A DNA stretch of 64,000 nt from Octopus vulgaris (taxonomy: Eukaryota): the NCBI GenBank assembly GCA_951406725.2, contig OX597816.1:170190001-170254000 (forward strand), given 5' to 3'. Made by a program: the position numbers and the translations under genes. This document shows, piece by piece, positions 11,800-25,344 of this stretch (positions are counted from its first letter, which is position 1; each line of letters begins with the position of its first letter). The notes beneath the pieces were generated by a model. The model was not told the origin of the DNA, did not search any database, and was given only the letters and a program-made list of their open reading frames with translations.

Positions 11800-14340
11800 T
11801 CCTCCACGGCCTCAAGAAGGCTCTGGAGCCTGATGCGTGTCCCACACATAGTAACACAAGGAATTGCAATCGGGGGAATTAGGAAGCCAGAAACTGGATT
11901 TGGCGTAGTCCTAGAAATTCTCCGACAGCCACTTATAAGTCTTTCCTAAGGTATGGCAAGGAGCCGAATCTTTCTGCCACACGTCTTACTGACTTTACAA
12001 TGTCCACAGAGTACTGAGTAGCAGAGAAGCGCCGAAAAGAGACATTTTGGGGGCATCATAGCCCATTCGAATAAAGAGTTTGTCTTTGTAGTCGCAGAAC
12101 CGGAAAGACTCGAGTATCTAGGAGCACGTCCTACTGGTCATGTCAACTTCCTTGTTTACACGGGCACTCCAGCTTAAGTTGTTGTCGAACTTTACTCCGA
12201 GTTTCTGACCGGTGTTTGATGCCACGAGGTTTTCGCCTGAGACAAGAATGTATGATGGCCTAAGTGCGGTCTCTTTGCCGAAGTGGATTAATTCAAATTT
12301 ATTCTCGTTTAACTGCATATTTTGTTCTTAAGCTCATTGGATAAAAAGCGAGATATACGATTGGAGATATGTTCGGTCACCTATCCTGCTGACGACCTTC
12401 AGAATCTTAGAGCTATCCGCGAAAATTCTGATGTTGCTGTGTTTGATGACATCAATAATGTCATTCGTGTAAATAATGAAGACGAGTGGGTTGGATACAG
12501 TGTTTTTTAGGACTCTAATGATGACTCTTGTCGAGCATAATCAAACACCACATACTTGGTTCTGTTCGCCATAAAGCATCAAATACATTTTAATAGTTTC
12601 TTTAATAGTATGTTGTGACCAACCTTGTTAAAGGCCCTGCTGAAGTAAAGATATATGACATCTGCACTGGAACCTTCTCCTATGGCCTTTAAGGTGTCGC
12701 CAAAGTAATATAGTATCTGTATTAAGCAGTCTCTATTCTTTCAAAAACCATAATAGTTGGGGATAAATAGGTTGTTGCATTCCCCGAAGTGAGTTACACT
12801 CTCAAATAATTTGATAATATGAGAGGTAAGTGAGATCGGTCGGTAAACCCCTACTAGCGATTTGTTGCCCTTTTGAAAACTGGAACAATCAAATGGGACA
12901 GGAGATTATGGAGAATGTATCCAGCGTCCAGTGATTTCCTCCAGAGAATAGTTAAAGGGAATGCAAGTAGATGCTGGGAGTCCTTTAGGACTCTAGCAAG
13001 GAATATCGGGACCCGCAATTGGGTTGTTTGTAATTTTGTTGACAGCTGCTATGGAATGCGGGTACCAAATGATATATTGGATAGATTGTGCTGAGAATTT
13101 GTTTCTCTGCAAATTGTCATACAAAAAGTATACATTTTAATAAAACTAATAATGAACGAAATTCAGGAAGGAGAAACTGATTCGAAATTACTCGTACACT
13201 TTGATTTGTTTCTCTGACGATCTCGAGATTAATAATATTGAGATCCTGAATGCGGAGCAGTATTGCTTCTGCAGAACCTCAACCACATATTCTGAACAAT
13301 TATGAGGAACGTTGCCTTTATCAATCACAGGTCAGATAGATGAGACAGTGACTTTATGCTTTTTAGCCAATAAGAACACTTTGGTATTGAATTTTATTTT
13401 CTCAGTGGCCCACTTCTCTTCTACTTTTCTTTGACTATTGATGACAGTCTTCATGCACTTTTGAAGATTATGTTTATTTGATTCCAGTAAAGTCATTTGT
13501 CAAGTGGTTTAGTGTTGCAGCTGGCAATATTTCAATTTGTTGATTTGTCGATTATTCCTTTTTATTTTTCTCAATAATGTTTTTCCTGTTTCGTGATAAA
13601 CTGTATTTAGTTTTGCTTATGGTACGTAGTGAAGTGTTGTGTGAATATATATTTGCGACAATCTCCATTAATAGTAGATGGGATGAATTTATGCTGCTTC
13701 GTGTGAGAGAGTATGTGAGAGATAAATCCAGAAGTGAAAAATCGTGAGTGACTGCATTCCAGGAAGCATTGTGGAACATCCATGGCGTCAAAAGAGTGCG
13801 TCATTGAGTGAATTTTGGATGCCAGGATTTCAGGCAACAGAAAACCATATCCTGGTCGGAAAGAAGAGTTTTTCTTCCACTGTAGAATTGTGGATAGCAT
13901 TAGTAGGGTTTCTTAACAATAAACCCACTGTGCATTTGTTTAACCTCGTTGCATAAGCATGGGTTGAGACGGGAAAATTTAACCATTGATTTCACTGCTA
14001 CTTTGTCCGGATTTGAGATGTACAGACCTGTTTTTAAAATATCTGTAAACCAGTGACCACAGTGGAAATTGAAGTCACTCATCCTTCAAATATTTTCAAA
14101 ATGGCACAGTTGGATGAAAGAGTCATTTATGAGGTATTCTTTAAAATGCGGGTTGGCCTGCTGAGTCTAATTATTGAAAAATCGTTAGTTTTATTATACA
14201 CAGATACTGATTCATAAGATTTTTGTAATCTCAGTAATTGAGCCGTGTAGAAAAAGAGCAACTCCAACCTTTTGTGCAGCCAGTACCGTCTGTATGAATG
14301 GCGGTACAATTCCTCACTTTTAAGTCGGCTTCCTGTCGTG
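11800..14340 (-). mobile_element. Highly degenerate CR1/L2/Jockey-group LINE ORF2
   Basis: SDFNF endonuclease-like motif (~14070), YRPISLTSHIIKLFESV (~12830), YFSRAFNKVGH, MQLNENKFELIHFG, LGVKFDNNLSWS. Confidence 0.8.
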
Positions 14341-14619
14341 AGAATTGTCAAGATGCATCCCAGTAAAGATGAAGGAAGAAATGCGATGAGAAGGATATTT
14401 CAGAAGACATTTCTGGATGAAAACGCCAAGAATGAGACATAAAAATAAACTTTCTAAAATTAACAGCAAAAATGGTCCTCTTTAAGCTGTTTTGATGAAA
14501 CACGTTATACTCATAATACATAAATACATACATACATACATAATACATACATATATACATGTCTACATATTTGAGCATGCAGAGCATATGGATATTAGTT
14601 TGAGTCACTCTGACGAAGG

Positions 14620-15078
14620 TAGGGAGCTTGTTTCCCAATCACATGGTTCCGGGTTCAATCCCACTGCGAGGAACATTGGGCAACTATCATCTACTATAGA
14701 CTCGAGCCGAACAAAGACTTGATAGACGGAAACTGGAAAAAGTCCAGTTCCAGGTTCAGTCCCACTGCATGACATCTAGGGCATCTTTTTTTCTGCTATA
14801 GCCTCGGGCCGACCGAAGACTTGGGAAGGGCTTTGGTAGACGGAAAGCGAAAGAATTCTGCCGTGTATATATGTATATATTTATGTATGTGTGCGTCAGT
14901 ATCTGTGTTTGTTTCTCTGCGATCATTTATCAACCGATGCTAGTTTCTGTATGTCTGTAACTTAGCGGTTCGGCAAACGAGATCGATAGAATAAGTACTA
15001 AGCTTACAAAGAGTAAATCCTGCAGATGATTTCTTCGACTAAGGCGGTAGTGAAATGATTGAAGTAGGTAAAAGAATA
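14620..15078 (+). mobile_element. Diverged SINE family A with duplicated head
   Basis: Two head segments (ccgggttcaatcccactgcg; ccaggttcagtcccactgca), then gatagaataagtactaagcttacaaag tail. Confidence 0.75.
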
Positions 15079-15162
15079 TAAGAATATTATGTATGTGTGT
15101 ATAAATAAATATGTATATGCATACGTATATTTGTATGCATATGTATATATATACATATATAT

Positions 15163-15199
<37 letters not shown>

Positions 15200-15332
15200 T
15201 GTTGTATTTAGGAATGGTCATGTTGCCAGTTTAGCCAATAAATAAATAAAGCTGAAGCAACTTAACACCAAATATATAGTGCGTGTGTTTTTATTGGCTA
15301 AACTGGCAACATGACCATTCCTAAATACAACA
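15200..15332. repeat. Perfect 43-bp inverted repeat, 47-nt spacer
   Basis: 15200-15242 is the exact reverse complement of 15290-15332. Confidence 0.95.
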
Positions 15333-15446
15333 TCTGCTTCAACACACGATTTCACACAAATCTTGCAAAACAAATATATAAACGTATTTATATATATATA
15401 TATGCATACAAATATACAAATATACGTATGCATATACATATGTATA

Positions 15447-15494
<48 letters not shown>

Positions 15495-15564
15495 TATTGA
15501 GGTAAACGTAAGGATTAGGAAGTTAGACAAGTCACCATATAAAGTATATATATATATATATATA

Positions 15565-15950
15565 TTAATCTATCTTTGAACTTCTTTCCTTCAACACTTC
15601 AAATGCAACGTTTCTTCCCTGAAGACGGAGGCACATCTAATCCAACGATGGAATCAATCTACAACCATTGTTTTGGACAACCGAGCAACCAGAAACACCT
15701 GCTGGATTTGTAATACTTCAACACCTTCAATTCTCTATATCATCTGTATTCTGTTTAACTCGGACCTTTTTGTATGTAAACATACACTTTCTGTAGTCTA
15801 AATTTTTAATGTACTTTTTGATTGTCTAACTTGATTTTTCTGACTTACTTAGCCTTACATTTACATCTGTACCTGCTCAAGATGAAATCTCCTAAGCGTA
15901 TGGTATACGGAGAATATCTGATATCTGATTCGCATCTATGAACAATATGT
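15565..15950 (+). mobile_element. Putative PLE terminal repeat
   Basis: TA-rich flanks; tcc-CTGAAGA-cgg...cca-GAAA-cacctgc-t-gga hammerhead-like motif at 15616-15706. Confidence 0.35.
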
Positions 15951-15989
15951 AATTCATATATGTATATGAGAATGTGTTTATGTCAGCGT

Positions 15990-16160
<171 letters not shown>

Positions 16161-16229
16161 TAGATATGCATGTATATATGTGTTACATTGGAAAGAAATG
16201 AGTGTTTCGTTAATTGATATTTTTAATAA

Positions 16230-16640
16230 AAATATTTTCTCGCATTATTGATAACATAATCTTATCTATTTGGAAATTGCTGATCTCTCGGGTGTAAAAT
16301 TGTTCAGGTTTCGAAGCAACGAATAACTTGATATCATTTGAAAATGTTTACAATAAATTAACTATTTTCGCTCAGAATACTTCTGTAATTAACTAAAACG
16401 ATGATAATCACATGGAAACAACGCCAGGAGAGTACAGGGAACGAAGCAGACCTTCCATAATCTATTCCTTTGTGACTTGGGCAATATGTGGTTTTGCATT
16501 ATCGTGTAGATGCAACTTCCTTTTTCGACTCATTTCCTGCTCATTTTTGTGAAATTCTTTAAATTGACGAAAATAAGTTCTCTGCATCAACTGTTTCGTT
16601 ATGGTTTAAGTCTTTATGGTAGACTGCGAGAGAAAATTTC
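16230..16640 (-). mobile_element. Degenerate mariner transposase 3' fragment
   Basis: Minus strand reads LHDNAKPHIAQVTKE...LYSPGVV(P)CDYH with one frameshift. Confidence 0.7.
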
Positions 16641-16934
16641 CCGAATGTAACTGCTAAACAAGCGGTCGGATGTCTGGACACAGAAGACTGCATTTCCATA
16701 ATCAGAACAGATATTTCTTACCGTTTCCATTGCTGAAGAGCCTCTTTCAAACATGGGATTACTTTTCTTAATCCAGATATTAGAAATACTGAGATTTTAA
16801 GTGAGAGGGGAAACAGACCTACTATAAAAAGCATCCAATAAACCCATCAATTTAAATAAAAAAGATAAGTAATAACAGGAAATTAGATGCTATAACCAGT
16901 AGGAATATTAGTTTACATAATACAGGTAGTGAAA

Positions 16935-18228
16935 CGACTGTGCAGGGGAACGAGCCGGGTTGGGAGGTTGGCTTAGGGACGAAGCTGTGGACCAAGAGGT
17001 CTCGTAGGATGTGGGCTCGTTTGAAGGAGAGGAGGGGTCAGTTAGTGAAGATGTGCGAAGTGGAGGGGTCGGTTGGAGTCGCCGGAAGGCTCGGAGAATG
17101 GTGCGTTGGAGAGGTAGGGTGGTGGGATGGTAGGTGAGGGGAAACGGGAGACGAGTGACGACGGGGCGGATGCGGGGGAGAGAGGAGATGCACGATCCAT
17201 GGATCGTGCTCTGGTAAGGGCGGTGTGGACAGTGGTGAAGGGATATCCATGTAGGATGAAGTGGCGAGCCATGAGTTGAGACTGAGTCTCAAAGTCATAG
17301 TCGTTACTACACAGCCTGCGTAGGAGGAATCAGGAATAGGGTATGGAAAGGTTGGTGTGTTTAGGGTGGGAGGAGGAGAAGTTGAGGTATGAGTGTGAGT
17401 CTGTGTGTTTGTAGTGGAGGGAGCTGGTGAGAGTGGAGTGATGAATGCTGACCAAAATGTTAAGAAAGGAGACAAAGGTGTCAGAAATAGTGCAGGAGAA
17501 ATGGAGGGCAGGATGGAAAGATTTTACAAAAGAGAAGAAGGAGTCTAGATGTTCGCGGGAGAGTGCGGTCGCACCGATACAGTCGTCAATATAACGGCCG
17601 TATAGTTCGGGAGTGGGACCAGTTAAACTTGAGAATATTTGGGCCTCAACGTAGCCAACGAACAGGTTTGCATATTTAGCACCCATTCTCGTTCCCATGG
17701 CCGCTCTCGAGGGTTGCTGGTAAAAATCACCAGTGAACGAGAAGCAGTTGAGTGAGAGAACAAGTTCGTCCAGACGAACGAGTGTGGATGTGTCGTGTTG
17801 GGGGTTGGGTCGAAAGTCATGGAAATGTTGGAGTGCACGCAGCCCCTCGTGGTGAGGGATCACCGTGTAACGGTTCTGGATGTCGAAAATGAAAAGAAGT
17901 TTAGAAGGGCCAGGAGAGAAGGAGAAGGAGTTGAACAAACGAAGCATGTGGTTGGTGTCATGGATGTGAGGGGAGAGGGAAGCTACTAGGAGGGCAAGGA
18001 TAGGGTCAAGGTATCTTGAGATGGGTTCGGTGGGGTAGTTGCAGGCGGAGACGCTGTGGTGACCGGGGTTGTTGGGTTTGTGTATTTTGGGGAGGAAGTA
18101 AATAGTAGGGGTGCGAGGGGTGCAGACAGTGAGGTTGAAGGCGTTAGGGGGAGACGGGAGGCGGAGAAGAGGTCATGGATAGTGGAGGACACAGTCTGTT
18201 GGTAGCTGGGCGTGCGGTAAGAGGGCAG
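16935..18228 (-). mobile_element. Penelope-like element RT fragment (Neptune-like)
   Basis: ORF 17330-17947: DIQNRYTVIPH, LNCFSF, AMGTRMGAKYANLF, RYIDD, HSYLNFSSSHP; downstream FKRAHILRDLLVHS linker; abuts (TATG)n. Confidence 0.92.
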
Positions 18229-18229
18229 A

Positions 18230-18320
18230 GTATGTATGTATGTATGTATGTATGTATGTATGTATGTATGTATGTATGTATGTATGTATGTATGTATGTA
18301 TGTATGTATGTATGTATGTA
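18230..18320. repeat. (TATG)n microsatellite
   Basis: Pure tandem array. Confidence 0.95.
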
Positions 18321-19169
18321 TAATTTGAATCAGTACTATGGAGCGGAATGAAGTCAAATAACATTATAGAAGTAATATATCCCATCTAAATAATCATTTT
18401 GTCGTATAGCCTTAGAAATACATATGGAAAATATGAGATATTAACAATTGAAAATTGTTCGTAGTTTACGGAGCTAACTGCTCATGGCTACACTCCATCC
18501 ATTTGCAAATAAACAGAATTAGAAATCAGCAGATTAGCGCAGGTGAATTCAAATTATAAAAGCCTCAATAAATGCTTCTCTCGGGGAAAATATTGAAATA
18601 TAGCCAAATGTAGTATAACAGACCGAAAAAACCCCGCTGTATCTACAAATATGCAACATTTCGTAATTCGTAAACGTTTATACTCTGAACATGTAAAAAA
18701 CATTAACTTCTTTGAGCAAAATTACAAATGACAACTGAAAAACTATGAATGGAAAAGTAAAGTACCCTCTAGTAAATCCCGATCGCAGAAAACGAAATTG
18801 CCTCCTGAAAAATTCATTAAAAGGTAAACTAAAGAGGCGAGCATGGTCCTAATGACTTGGCCTGCTCTAAGCAAGTTCCTGTAGATCGGAAGAGGACAAC
18901 TGAGAGACGATATTTGCTGTTGTATTCAGGGTGACCGTGATTTTGAGTAGTTTCTAGAAGATCCTTGCATGTAACATAGTTTTCTTTGTAGAAAATAACA
19001 CAGTATATTTTATATATTTAGTAATCTAAACCAGTGCATAGTAGAAGTGCATGTACGCTTCAAACTGGCGTAATTCATTGCTGAGGCACAAAAAAAATAT
19101 GAAACCTTTCAATTTGGTATGGAAATCAACATATATGATCACTTGAATATATAGCACAATGATGATTCA

Positions 19170-19705
19170 GATTTAGGTAGAAGGCCAGCAATTTTAAAGC
19201 GGGGACTTAGTGGAAGCTTTCGCACACAGCACTAGACTGAAAATGATTTTTTCAGATCCCAAGACGGTAGTTTTGACATCAGAAGGTAAAGATTTGGAAT
19301 AAATACACCCAAGGATATTGTTCGACGCACTAACCATTTTCCCAGATCACCACCATAATAATAATCAAAGGGCATGAGGTCTGAAATTGTTTTAGGGGAG
19401 GTGGGTGGTCGATTACATCGATCCAGTGCTCAACTGGGATTTAATCTATTCGGAAAGGATAGATGAAAAGCAAAGTCGACTTCGGTGGATTTCCAAATCA
19501 GTTCGTAAAATCGTACAATATACCGCTAAGATTTTCGTCTAACCTACTGACGCCGAATCCTCCTATAAGTGTTTCAAAATTTAGCGCACGGCCAGAAATT
19601 TCGGGGTAAGGTGTAAGTTTATAACATCGACCTAAGTAATCAACTGGTACTCATTTTATCGACCCCGAACGGGTGAAAGGCAAATTCGATTTCGGCGGGA
19701 TTTGT
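19170..19705 (-). mobile_element. Three tandem diverged SINE family B fragments
   Basis: Recurrent gtcgattacatcga..cagt..caactgg...gaaa.gcaaagtcgac motifs, weakest in the first fragment. Confidence 0.65.
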
Positions 19706-19774
19706 GAGGTGTACGAACGTTTCAGCCTGGCTATCACCACCATCACCACCACTACAACCAATAATAATAATAAT

Positions 19775-19822
<48 letters not shown>

Positions 19823-19825
<3 letters not shown>

Positions 19826-20905
19826 GTCTTATACAGCTACATAAGGTATTATACAGCTAAAAAGCTATTACAAAGTAACGACCATAGGCTACAGAAATAT
19901 CTACTTCAGTAGGAAGGAAAAATAATAAAAATAGCCACAAAACACGAACAAAAGAAAAGGCTGTTTTCTGTCTCTAAGGAAACTGACAAATACCAGAAAA
20001 AAAGTACCTAACAATTATGAAGAAAAAGAAGAAATAACAAAAGCTGTAAAACAACCGAAATCCAAACTAAAACTGGAACGGCAAAGGACCATGAGAAAAC
20101 GATGGCAAGAAATACCCCCACATGTTAAATATTGGGTTACAGTAAATAGACAAAGCAAAATCTCAACAATGACTGAGAAGCTCAGAACTCAAAGCAGAGA
20201 CGGAAAGATTTTTAACTGCAGTACAAGATCAAAGCCTTCTCACCAGAAATTACCAAAAATATGTAATAAAAAGAAATCATATGATCTTTGGTTACTCAGT
20301 CTTAGCTAAGAAGGAATATATTCACAGACACGACAGAGTTGGGACCTATGTGCACTCTAAGCTATGCCAATAATATGGAATAACAACAGAAAACAGATGT
20401 TATAGGCACATACCAGAAAAAGTTCATAGAAAATGGGAAAGCAACCATAATCTGGGATATGCCAATACACACAGATAGAGAAATCAAGTCCAATTGGCCG
20501 GATATAATTGTCAGAGATCACCAAGAAAAATGCTTTCTAATCGAAGTGTCAATACCAACGGATGACAATGATTCTCTCAAAGAAATGGAGAAACTTTCTA
20601 AGTACAAAGATCTGGCAACAGAGGTAAATTGAATGTGGATGCTAAAAAGGAAAACAATTCCTATCATAGTAGGCGCATTCAGTATGATGAAAAGATATTC
20701 AGACAAATACATAACAAAACACCATGACTAACATGTATATATCTCATAAAAAAATAGTACTACTAGCTTCACATACATCCTACGTAAAATACGTTTAATA
20801 TAGTAAAAATAAAAGCACCACAACAAACCACATCGCATACCCAAGGCACACAGAGGTGCACACGGTACTGCAATGAAAGCACGTGATAAAAATAAGACTA
20901 ATGAA
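19823..20905 (+). mobile_element. Degenerate R4/Dong-like (RLE) LINE 3' part
   Basis: RHDRVGTYVH, IIWDMPIHTDREIKSNWPDIIVRD..LIEVSIP..KLSKYKDL; starts after (AAT)n; 3' UTR shared with 23857. Confidence 0.85.
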
Positions 20906-20926
20906 TAATAGTAAAAAAATAATGAG

Positions 20927-21255
20927 GAGACACCCTTCAGTCATGAATGACCATGGGATTGCACGTAGAAAGTTACCCTCCCAGGTCCGGGCAGGTTGTT
21001 TGTAGAAGGCCAGCAGTCGCCCATGCATATCAAGCTCCCCTCTCCACTCCACTGATGTTATCCAAGGGAAAGGCAAAGTCCGATACAGCTTGGCACCAGG
21101 GATGTTACAACTCATTTCTACAGCTGATGTAGCTGGAGCAACCCGAAATAAAGTGTCTTGCTCAAGAACACATCACGCAGCCCGGTCCAGGAATCGAACT
21201 CACAACCTCACGATCGTAAGCTCGAAGCTCTAGCCACTCAGCCATGCGCATTCAC
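20927..21255 (-). mobile_element. tRNA-derived SINE, family C variant
   Basis: Head gtgaatgcgcatggctgagtggctag...gagttcgattcc, then ttgagcaagacactttatttc..gttgctccag core. Confidence 0.8.
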
Positions 21256-21260
21256 TAAAA

Positions 21261-21312
<52 letters not shown>

Positions 21313-21314
<2 letters not shown>

Positions 21315-21479
21315 GGTCATGTGCTGTTTATCTTGATATGAGATCATCATGTCGCGCACAAATGGTTGTGATGCATGTGCCTGGTGTACCTTTATCAGAC
21401 GGGTAGTCATGATGGGTATATTGGGCTTCGTATATTTTACCCTAGTGTCACTTTGATGGCATGAACTGCTCTCTCACTC
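21313..21479 (+). mobile_element. 5'-truncated copy of the (AAT)n-embedded non-coding retroelement
   Basis: 164/167 nt identical to 22689-22855; (AAT)n on both sides. Confidence 0.85.
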
Positions 21480-21499
21480 AATAATAATAATAATAATAT

Positions 21500-21761
21500 T
21501 ACATTATTTACATTATTTACATTTGACTGATATTTGTCCTCATCTTGTTTGTTGCTAACACAACGTTTCAGCTGATATACCCACCAGCCTTCATCAAGTG
21601 TCTTGGGAAATTTCGAAAAATACCTTAGGAATGAGAAGCCAGGTTCGAAATTTCCCCAATACACATGGTGAAGGCAGGTGGGTGTATCGGCCGAAACGTT
21701 GTGCTAACAACGAACAAGATGAGGGCAAAGATCCATCAAATGAAAATAATGAAATAATGTA
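21500..21761. mobile_element. Inverted pair of PLE-type terminal repeats, each with a decayed minimal hammerhead motif
   Basis: Arms 21500-21617 and 21644-21761; motifs at 21557-21602 (-) and 21660-21705 (+). Confidence 0.7.
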
Positions 21762-21859
21762 TCTTCTGTGTGAAACGTCTGGCTGCATATACGTTAGCAT
21801 ATGTCAGGTGCATACAATTGACAACACAGTTAATTAAGATTTATTCAGTGAGTTCTATT

Positions 21860-22080
21860 CAACACATGTTTACACGTGGAATCCATTAGATGAAGGCACT
21901 TTCAAAGTTTTGGTCGATAAAGTTGAAATGAAAAACCCTACAACGAGGCATGAATTGCACGAAGCCGTCTTGTAGTCTTGGGAAGAGCTATCTGAGCGGA
22001 AAATTCGTGGATGTATTCAACATTAAACTCGTGTTCGGCGTCAAATAGTTGACTGTCGTAGTGGTAACAGATTCGTGTAA
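21860..22080 (+). mobile_element. Tc1/mariner-superfamily transposase C-terminal fragment
   Basis: WNPLDEGTFKVLVDKVEMKNPTTRHELHEAVL*SWEELSERKIRGCI...IVDCRSG resembles the end of Tc1-type transposases. Confidence 0.6.
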
Positions 22081-22164
22081 TAAATTTTGTGTTTCTTTTT
22101 GTTTCATAATATATATTTTTTCGGATGCAGCCAGACTTTCTCTTAAATATATTACTGGAATGCG

Positions 22165-22855
<691 letters not shown>

Positions 22856-22977
22856 AATAATAATAATAATAATAAATTTCACGCCTTCGATCTGCAGTAT
22901 TTCCAATCATATCATCTTCATCTTCATCATTGTCATGATTATTATTACTATTATTATTATTATTATTATTATCATTA

Positions 22978-23048
<71 letters not shown>

Positions 23049-23049
23049 G

Positions 23050-24165
<1,116 letters not shown>

Positions 24166-24199
24166 CTCAGTTTCAGTTCTCCAGTTCGTCCACTGAAGG

Positions 24200-24743
24200 A
24201 TATGTGAAAAGTACGGCCTGAACAGAGAAGAAAAAACATAAGATAGTGTGAGATTTTACAATCTAATGTAACTCCCTAATTGAGGTTTGGAGACCAGATA
24301 TTGTTGTGCTAGATAAAAGAAAAAGGAAACCAAGATTATAAATATTGCTATACTTTGAGATACACGCTTCAGTGACAAAGAGCTAGAAAACTGTGAAAAG
24401 TACAGACTACTAAAAGACGAAATTGCAAGAATGTGGACTATGAGGAGAGTGTTTGTCATTCCAGTAGTTTTAGGGGCAGTTGGAGCACTAACAACCAAGT
24501 TCGCGAAATATGTCAAAGAAATCGAAATTGACATGAGAACAGAGCAAACTAAAAAAACTGCTCTGTTGGGGACAGCTGGGATTTTGAGATTGGTACTTGA
24601 ATGTCTACCACGATAATTAACAACCGATTATAAAAGATTATAATGTGTGGAAAGATACCCTGTTAGACTTCTGATGGCAAGCTGCTGTCCGCTTTCACAG
24701 AATCTACCAGAACAAATAAGACCGAACGTTCTGAGGAGTAAAA
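24200..24743 (+). mobile_element. RLE-type LINE 3' fragment
   Basis: RPDIVVLDK...EKYRLLKDEIARMWTMRRVFVIPVVLGAVG...KTALLGTAGILR; followed by (TAC)n(TGC)n(TAA)n. Confidence 0.85.
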
Positions 24744-24813
<70 letters not shown>

Positions 24814-24830
24814 ACTACTACTACTACTAC

Positions 24831-24863
<33 letters not shown>

Positions 24864-25344
24864 TAATAATAATAATAATAACGGCTGTTGATTCAGGTAG
24901 AAGGAGAGCAATTATGAGTGGAGTGCGTTAGGCCATAATATCTTCTTCAATATATGACTGATAATTTATTTTCTGCACATTATAAGCATGAAAGGCAAAG
25001 TTGATCTCTCAGCGTGCTTTGAACTTAGATCGTAAAGAGCCGGAAGAATTACAAGACCTTTTGTCCTGAGATTAATCAATTCTGCAAAACCACCACAATT
25101 TTAGTATTCAATTTATTTTCTTTTATTTAGGCATATGGTTTGAAATATGATGTGTGTGAATATTCGATTATCAATACTAAATGGATGAAAGATAAGTTCA
25201 CATCGGCAGGATTTGAATAAAAACAACATGAAGATACTCAGCAAGGCGCTTTTTCTGATGTTCTAACGTTTCTACCTACCCATCATTGCAATAATGATTT
25301 CTAGTTTAGGCAAACGGTTCAGTCGATGTCGTTAAGTATTTTGT

